From positions 12,204,722-12,268,721 of the forward strand of contig OZ037766.1 of the NCBI GenBank assembly GCA_964035545.1: a stretch of DNA of 64,000 nucleotides, given 5' to 3'. Shown here piece after piece: positions 55,803-64,000 of the stretch (positions are counted from its first letter, which is position 1; each line of letters begins with the position of its first letter). The notes below the pieces were generated by a model. The model searched no databases and was not told the DNA's origin. It worked only from the letters and a program-made list of their open reading frames with translations. Origin of the DNA: Bugula neritina (taxonomy: Eukaryota > Animalia > Bryozoa). A program made the translations under genes and the position numbers.

Positions 55803-56108
55803 GGTGTCCAAATGGCACAGGTAAAGATGGCACAAACGGAAAGGTGGGTAAAAGTGGCCCATTTTGAATATTGGGGTTTGAGGTGGAGGCTTGGGGATTT
55901 AGGGTGGAGGGTTTATAGGTTTGGAGTTTGAGGAGTTGAAAAAATTTAACATTAGCATGCCATATTTACCTACTTTTCCGTTTGTGCCATTGTTACGTGT
56001 GCCATTGTTACCCGTGCCATTATTACCTGTGCCATTTTCACTGGGCCATTTTTACCTGTGCAATGTTTACTTGTGCCATGTTTACCCGTGCCATTTATAC
56101 CTAAAATT
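55803..56108 (+). mobile_element. Foldback element, same family as 49961-50253
   Basis: GGTGTCC start, AAATGGCAC repeats, GTGCCATT repeats, ...ACCTAAAATT end. Confidence 0.7.
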
Positions 56109-57470
56109 GAGTGTAGAGTTGACCTTCTCTAAGCCAGCTCAATATTTTTTGCAGAGTAGATGCTGCGTAGTAACATAGCATAACATTTATAGTAGACTGT
56201 AATAACAAAAGAACAACATTAATGCAGTTAAGTATTAATCATGATTGAGTTAATAATTTATGTATGTGTAGCTCGAAAGATTATAGTTAAACTGGTGAAA
56301 AGTTTAATATATTATTATAAATTGCATAATAACTTTTTGCAGACAATTTATCACATTTACAGGCACAAAAAATCTGTTAGCAAAAAAGTAACAGAGTCAG
56401 TTAATTTGTGTTGCTTTCTAGTTATCTAGTTTTTTATAACCAATTTTATTTTTTATATTGTTTTGCTAGTTATTTCATAGTTATATAATAATATTGTACA
56501 AGTAGTAATCATGTGTTCTTCGTTAGTTGAACTTGTTTAGTTAATCTGAAGTAGTTACTTATTAGTTATTGCTGTTACATTTTTCCAAAATATATTTAAT
56601 TAAGAACTGGTATCAAAGGGGTTATTGTTCAGTGGGAACATTCGATGTGGCCAGATAAGTTATGTAGTAACAAAGTGTGACAATTTCAATCCTTTGCATG
56701 GCTGTGTTAGGCAAAATAGATAAATACTCTAAAATGTTGTTTAAATTACTATTATAGTGCTTTAAGCCATTCACTGCATAGCCCTAGAGTAGAAAAATAG
56801 TAGAGGTAGGGTAAGAATGGCACCACCTCATTTATATTCAGATAGCCACATACCCAATAGTTAACACAAGGTATATAAACCAAAACAGCCACAACTTATA
56901 ATCTAACAATTCCACTTCATCATAAATAAGGATATTCTATGAGTAAATGTGACAGTTAAAGTATGCAGGTGAATGTTGCTGGGCATGATGTGTAAACCAG
57001 TTTATTAATTATAAGTTTATACTTGGGATCTCAGGTTCAAAATCCCAAATGCTATTTTATAGCTAATGCAGTATATTTATGAATTCATAAAGGCCATCAG
57101 GTTAGAAAAAAGTAATTTTATTAGAAACTTTTAAAAGGAAAATTTGAAATTTTTTGATTACTTTAATGGATTATATCAAAGATGCCATTATTTATGGTTA
57201 TCTTTTGAAAGCTTTATTGCTAAATAAAATGCATAAAAATGGTACAGTCAACATAAGGCTAAATTTTAACCAATAAGCAAAACAGGAAAATATTATAATG
57301 CTTTGTAACTCACAAGTTTATTCTCAATAGATAAAGCACACTATATCAAAGCTGAAGTTCAAAATAGAAAAATTTTAATTATAATTTTATAGCTTGCCAT
57401 ACTTTTAAACACAAATCATAAATTTATATGAACTCTTAGCAGCCTTAAGCAATATTAAAAGACTTTTGGC

Positions 57471-59864
57471 TTATCCTCTAATAGTACATATACGACGTAC
57501 ATAACAATAAGCTCTCCTGAAAATGATGTAGCAGTAGTAGCGATTGTAGCAACTGACTCGGCGTTTAACTCTTCCATGGGTAGCTGAAGTAACAGCTGCA
57601 TCTGGAATAAAAAGGCAATCTCATTGAAAAAAAATGTCTACATTCAACAGTAATTATATTAAAAAACAAATAGAAAAATACAAGTTATTATACTAAAAAG
57701 TCAAAAGGAACTAAAACTTTCAACCTCGCTGCAAACAATAGGCTTGACTTTTGGTGAACTGTAACAGGTGAACTAAACAAGATAGTTACCAGAATCTCTT
57801 GTTGGCATCACAATCATCCATTTATACCCATTGGTGCACTCATTCTGCACACGTTTAGGAAGGAAACTGACATCCTGCACGAACTCATCGAGTACTTTAA
57901 CATCTACTTCTGCGTCTTCCTCATCCAGTTCCTGGTCATCGAAGTTGTCCAGGAACTCCGACACCACATCTTCATTGTTGGTTTCATTGAAAGCAACAGG
58001 ACTAATATAGCAGATGCCTTTATCAGCTCTGATTACACGGAGACCCTAAACAGGTTGTATGCATAAATTTCACAGAACCATGCATACATAGCCGACCATA
58101 TAAATATATATAACATATAGTGAAACTACAATACTTTGCATGGTCATATTATGCCACAATTCCAAACCGACTTGCATACATATGCTCAAAAAGATTTTAA
58201 AACAAAAAACTATGCATTGACATAATCTAAGCAAACATAAGCACATATAGCCTATTATATATAGAATTTATATATGTGTAAAAATTTACGTACGATGCAA
58301 GCTTTTATTTTATTTAGAGAATAGCACTAGCTACTTTCACTCAGAAAGAGTCGTACATGATATACACACTGTAGCTGACACATATCTACTAACACTTTGC
58401 ACTATGTGCACTATATAATAGGCAAGATATTGCATACTATTCAACATATGTATGAGCTGTATCAACTGCCATTTACCTTTTGAAACAATTCAGCATGAAA
58501 AGTACCATCAGCTCGGTGGTAATATGCCACATGTTCATCTTTGTTCAGCATAACTTGATCCTTCACCTATATTATACACAAAGTTTTTTAAACCATTAGC
58601 CCTGTTTCTAATATTTTCATTATATATGAAAATTTTAGTAGCAACCTCCCGCAGAATACATGTATAATTAAAATAGAAAACCAAAATTTTTACATTTCTG
58701 TACCAATATTATGCCTGATTTCATGGATTGTGGAACTTTAATTTTCAACTAAATATTTACTAACTGTTTTCTTTTGGCAATATTAATTTAAATGATTGCT
58801 ACAAATCTTATACTCAAAGCCTGTAACATCAATCTTATAGTATGTGTACCAACAGCCATACTGGCAACTTATATATAGATATACAGAATTTTTGCTAAAT
58901 ATTTACAGCAAATCACTCAAATCTTTATGCAAGAAAACGAATATAAAACACTGCAATATCATTTCAAAAGTTAAAAAAGTGTAATATCTTAAAACATGTG
59001 TGTGGTTGCATATTACAAAACAAATAACTTAATCATGAAAAATAGTTATACTGGCATGAGTTGAAATACTCTTAGTTCAGCTATATTGTATAATGAAATT
59101 AGACTTCAAGTTGTATAGGATAATGTAAGCTGAACGATTTTTTGGTGCTTTTAACTTGCCAAAATATTTTAGTTAGCAAATGGACATGATCATATACATG
59201 TTTTACTTACAGCTGCATGTGGATGTACTGGCACTAGTTGAAATAATTCAAATAAAAACTTTAGGTTGAAAAATAATGTGCTGCAAACAATGTTTATATA
59301 GCATTTTCAATTTACCAAAATAGCTTATTTGCTAGATAACAATTGCACAAGAGTTGATAATATTTTAAACTCTTTACTCACATGTTGGTTGTCTGGAGTT
59401 CTAATGTTAACAGTTGCTTGGACATCTGCACTCACACTGGCAGTCTTCTCAGGTTCTTTCTGCTGGCAAACTGCATGAGTTTTAGTCAGGCCCATGTAGA
59501 TAACAGCTGACACAGAAACAACCAACAGAATGGAGATAACCAGCAAGGAGACTCCAAGCAGCTTTGACTTGTCGCTTTTCTCAACCATCTGTGAACACAA
59601 AATTTAATGAATTTCTAATCTACATAACAATTTAACCTCATTATAAGTTGCTATGTTTTATAAATCACAATAATAATTTAACTCAAATAATTCAGCTTGA
59701 AAAAACTTTGCTATAAAATTATTACTTTGTTTAAATTAGTAATTAAAATTAATTGGTAATAATTAAATAAAAATTTTATTTGATGATTCTTTAATTATAA
59801 AAATAAAGCTTGCCTTAACGTCTTCGAATGTCTGTTTGTCTGACGAGTTCATACTAATCTTCAT
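57471..59864 (-). CDS. Type II membrane BRICHOS-domain precursor, copy B (244 aa), releasing a cationic 29-aa four-Cys beta-hairpin candidate antimicrobial peptide
   Basis: Exons 59864-59814 (GC donor), 59588-59382, 58566-58477, 58045-57790, 57601-57471 (TAA); 735 nt in frame; exons 1-4 same sizes as copy A; last exon DAAVTSATHGRVKR-RVSCYNRYYCYIIFRRAYCYVRRICTIRG*. Confidence 0.88.
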
Positions 59865-59880
59865 TCTATGAGCTCAGATT

Positions 59881-59916
59881 GAATGATTTTAACCAAAATA
59901 ACTGCAGCTTTTTATA
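59881..59916 (-). promoter_or_regulatory. TATA box plus Initiator of BRICHOS copy B
   Basis: TATAAAA (59916-59910), TCATTC about 30 nt downstream, ATG at 59864. Confidence 0.75.
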
Positions 59917-62900
59917 CCAGCCTGTCTCACTTGGGGGCAGAGTTTTGTAATAATTATGTTGAGTAATTGCCAAAGAAGAAAGATTATTTTAAAGATATGA
60001 AAAGGAAGCATATTGGCAATTTGAAAAATATTTTGGCAAACAATAATTTAAGTAGGGCAATTAAAAGCTGAAATATAAAAAGAAACTTTCCCACATGTTT
60101 TTCCAATGCCAGTAGTTTTCCGTCATGCTATAAAAAGGGGAAACTAACTTTTCTAATTTTAAAGAATGCACATTTAGAATAAGTAACTCATGCCAAATTA
60201 TGAAAATAAATAGTCTTTAATTTGTTTTAGTTTTTTAATGCCACATCCTTTCTACACTAAAAATGAATAATCAACAAGGCAAATTCCTCAAAGATACGAA
60301 GTTTGCACTCACAAAAATTTAAATTGGTTGTTTGTATGATAATGGCAATTTACATTAAATATAGTGTAGGCTATATTATGTAGCAATTCTGCAATTTGTA
60401 ATCAAATTCTTATACCAAATTCCTCAAAGATACAAAGTTTGCACTCACAATATTCACATTTAGTTATTTGGAGAATAATGGCAATTTACATTGGATATCT
60501 TGTATATTATATAACCATTATGCAATGTAATAAAATTCTTATACCAATATTTTTAAAGTTTTGTGCATTTGCTATATATGTACATTATGCTAAAGCAACA
60601 TCTTACTTGTCACATCAACAGTTATGCTTTATATTTTCATAAATCTGTTGCAGAGTCTTACTCAAAGAAATGTGCATCTTTTAAAAAAGGTGAAGCTAAA
60701 CCTAGATTTGCAATAATGCATATTTATAATGTAGTATTTTATATAGGAAAAAAATAATAGGCCTATCACTTTTTGCTATCAATATAGTAAACAAAACTAT
60801 TAAGTTGAAACAAAATGAAAATTTTTGATGGTAGCTGTAAGTCAGATTACAAGTAACTCTCGTATCCATGGTGACAGTTATTAGTAGCACCATGTTTTCC
60901 CATTTTGAAATGTTGCATTATATGTCAAAACCTAATTTTTGGTTAAATATGCAGATTCATTTTGCATTATATAATTATGTATACACATTATGGAAACAAT
61001 GACTGGAAACGTGTATTTTTATAGAAAACAGATGCGTCTGAGCTATTACTTTGAAGATCTCAATTGTTCGTTTAATTTTGACGGTTTGGCAAACATTATT
61101 TTTACCATTCGCTTATAAAAAAGTGAATTATAATATATATTATTTCTAGCTTAACATTCATAAATTGCAAATTGTAATACACTACGTTTCTAAGCCTCGC
61201 ATTATGCAAATCAATTTTTCATTCTATGTTTGGACACAGTTGCATCAAATGAAACCACAACGATAAGTTCATACATGCAAATGCAAAGCAATAGAAAGGC
61301 ATTGTTATAAGGTGCAGTGCTTGTTCTAACTAAGCCCTAAGCCCTAAGACAAATGCGCTGGTTTTGTTGGTGCCATTTTATATAGATACTTCCCAGGTAG
61401 ACACTAGGTTTTCTACATGAAGCTTTATTTTGGTACGATATATTTATTTTGTTTGTGCATGGTTTAAGAAGCATGTAACTGGGATGATACCCTTGTTTTG
61501 GGTACTTTGCGTTTAGGATAAATTACTAGAATATGATGCTTATTGCACCTAACCAGCTCCTCGAACACAAATTACAATGTTGGTTTGAGAACAATTGTCT
61601 TTTTAAATTGACTTTAAATAATTACCAATTTAACGTATGTCAAGAGTGTTTCACCAGAGCAATTTTGCAAGAAAGCAGTATGAATGTTTTACAAATGAAA
61701 ATACAATGTAGGTGTTGATCACAGTCAAATTTTCTATAAGTTGATGAACAAAGAGCAAAGAACAGCATGGATTAGGATTGAGTGTAGATTCAGACCATGC
61801 AGCCTGCGATGTGAAAGATACTCATCAGAGCTGACTGATGCGTAAAATGTATTATAAAACTACTAACTATACTCTTAACAAACTATAATAAAGATATTAA
61901 TGCCCTCCCATTGGTTGATATCAGTTCCCATTAATGCCTTATTGGATGAGTGTGCATATATTGTAATATCCTTGCAGCAGCAGATGCTTTTACATCAAAA
62001 GAGTTGTTCAAAATCTATTGCATTTGGCAAAATAATATTCTCTTTAAATTTAATTTTGCCAATTATTCAAGTTTACAGCTCAACTATAATTTAATAGATC
62101 TTTTTAAAATAACTGCAAGAATTTGTTGCATCATTTGTCAAAAGGCATTTAGATGAAAAAACTATCTTTTGGCACACGAAAAGTTCCTTATTGGCTGGAA
62201 AGTTCATGATTACAGATTTTTTCCTCAATTATGTCAAACATATCTAAATGAAAATCTGCACAGATATTGATGGCTTAGGTATTTGGTTTATAAAGATATG
62301 TTATGTTGTTTTTTCAGCCCATCAAGCTTATACACTACTGACTACACAAGCGAAAATGCTCAATAAACAATTCGGATGAAATCACATCCTTTCCTTGTCT
62401 GCTTCAACACTATCTATAATAATTACAAAGCCTGGTTGTATAAGTTACACATGTCTTGCATGACCTATTGTAAAGAATTGGTATCGTTATTGTTATTATC
62501 GAAAGGATAACTCCTCGTGGCTTATTCCCTATACGCATCATGGCACGATGTCTACAAGTTCAACAGATCAATTATCGTAACAGCTGACAATTGTAATGCG
62601 TATAGTCTCTCTTATACTCGGCTGGACAGTAATTGCTAGCTACTAATGTAAGCTGTGAAACAAGGCAGGACTAGTCAATTAGGAACAATAGCTAGCGTTA
62701 GTAAATAGCCAATCAGCTTAGTAAAAGGTTTAAATAACTTGTGAGTAGTTGGCGATTAGCCGGCAGAGTGGATCGAGTTCTGATAATGTAAAGTTGTGTG
62801 TAAATCACTCTCTATTATGTAATCGTGTGTACTAGTGTTAACAGTTTTATTTCTTATATAATTCGCAATAATGAAGTCTATTCAATTTGTTCGAAATCTG

Positions 62901-63234
62901 GTGAAGTGGCTTTGCATAAGTAGACCCACTAATTATAGTGAATCGTAAATTCACTACACTATTAAGTCTTCACTATTTTGTCAAATTAAACATAAAACAA
63001 TTACTGTAACAATCTTTTTATTTAACCATTAATTGACCCTATTTTAAACTTCTCTACAACATATCTCAATAGTTCACTTCCTAGACTGATACAGTAATTA
63101 TGAATGAAGACTGGCTAACTAAATCTAGGCACCCACTCATCATTTATTATTACTCTTGGTGTCAGATTTGATAAATTTATGGGGCGGGCTTAGTTGTGTG
63201 GACCGAGAAGACTGGCATGTACTCAAATTTTGTA

Positions 63235-63560
63235 ACGTGTAAACAAATACTAGTGAGTCAGAATCAGGCAAAAGACTAATTACAGTAATAGGGGTATGAG
63301 AGAGAATAATAGGCATAAGAGAATAAATAATGACTATAACGGAGAACTGAGCAAACAATCAGGGTATGAGAGTGCATAATGAAGGTATGGGATTGAATAA
63401 TGAGCATAAAAGAGAGAGAAATAAGGGTGTGGAAATGAATAATAATGGTGTGAGACCAAATAATAGCATAGACCTAAGAACAAAAATGAATAATAAGGGT
63501 ATGAGAGCAAATTATAGACCTATGAGATCGTTTTGTGAGCATATGAGAGAGAATAATGGT
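63235..63560. repeat. Interspersed repeat related to the flanks of the 48.5-49.7 kb minisatellite
   Basis: Shares caaatact...gtcagaat, aataggggt.tgagag and ggtatgagagcaaattata.a.ctatgaga..gttttgtgagcata with 48505-48550 and 49825-49875. Confidence 0.65.
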
Positions 63561-64000
63561 TAGATACTTTATTGTGAACATATGAGATGCAATAATAAGC
63601 GAATATTTGACCATTTGGCACTTCATATACATTTGGCACTTCAAAGTGTAGGCCTATCATGTGTTCATAAAACATAGTATGTGAAAAGCTCTTATTGGAA
63701 ATCTTAAAAATGCAAATATAGTACATAAAACTTTTGTATGAGGTAATTATCTTTAGACCTTAATAGATTATAGGTTATAGATGCCACTGAAGACATTTTT
63801 TTACAAAGAACTTTATAGATCATAGAATAAAAGAATAAAGATAGTATATAATCAAAACCTAGGATAGATTTTCACCAATAAGTAAAACAGCTAAATATCA
63901 TGTTTTGTAAGTCACAAGTGTCTTTTAATAGATAATAGCAAACATATATAAGAAAGCTTGAATATCAAAATTTTGCAGTTTTTCAATTAATATTATTATA

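Noticed and set aside
60080-60150. NF-kB sites upstream of the cationic peptide gene
   Set aside because: Only GGGAA half-sites; no full GGGRNNYYCC match.
60200-63200. Short ORFs in the last 4 kb
   Set aside because: No recognisable motifs or phase-consistent exon chain; treated as intergenic.

Overview
AT-rich, intron-containing animal (invertebrate, probably lophotrochozoan) genomic DNA; the taxon cannot be fixed from sequence alone. All gene models were assembled by hand from splice signals and reading-frame phase, without transcript data. Contents: (1) 1-15189 (+), the 3' part of a very large calponin-repeat (CLIK/UNC-87-like) gene with about 50 repeats of 39 aa in the window; (2) 17894-19909 (+), an E/K-rich gene broken by a frameshift; (3) 20518-23048 (-), a candidate two-exon 57-aa microprotein gene; (4) 25-31 kb, transposon debris (hAT derivative, foldback MITEs, two 5'-truncated RTE LINEs with target-site duplications); (5) 32235-46092 (+), a highly diverged Ski/SnoN/SKOR-like gene of about 1500 aa; (6) 50533-53155 and 57471-59864 (-), the most interesting part: two tandem five-exon type II membrane BRICHOS precursor genes that the ORF track largely misses. 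Their pro-regions are about 94% identical, but after the RVKR furin site they release very different four-cysteine beta-hairpin-type peptides: a strongly cationic, probably amidated tachyplesin/alvinellacin-like candidate antimicrobial peptide (RVSCYNRYYCYIIFRRAYCYVRRICTIRG) and an anionic hydrophobic one (GYTLCLEMVFECHTVSGQQYCEFVCIRW). Several minisatellites lie at exon boundaries, and two of them multiply in-frame splice donor sites.
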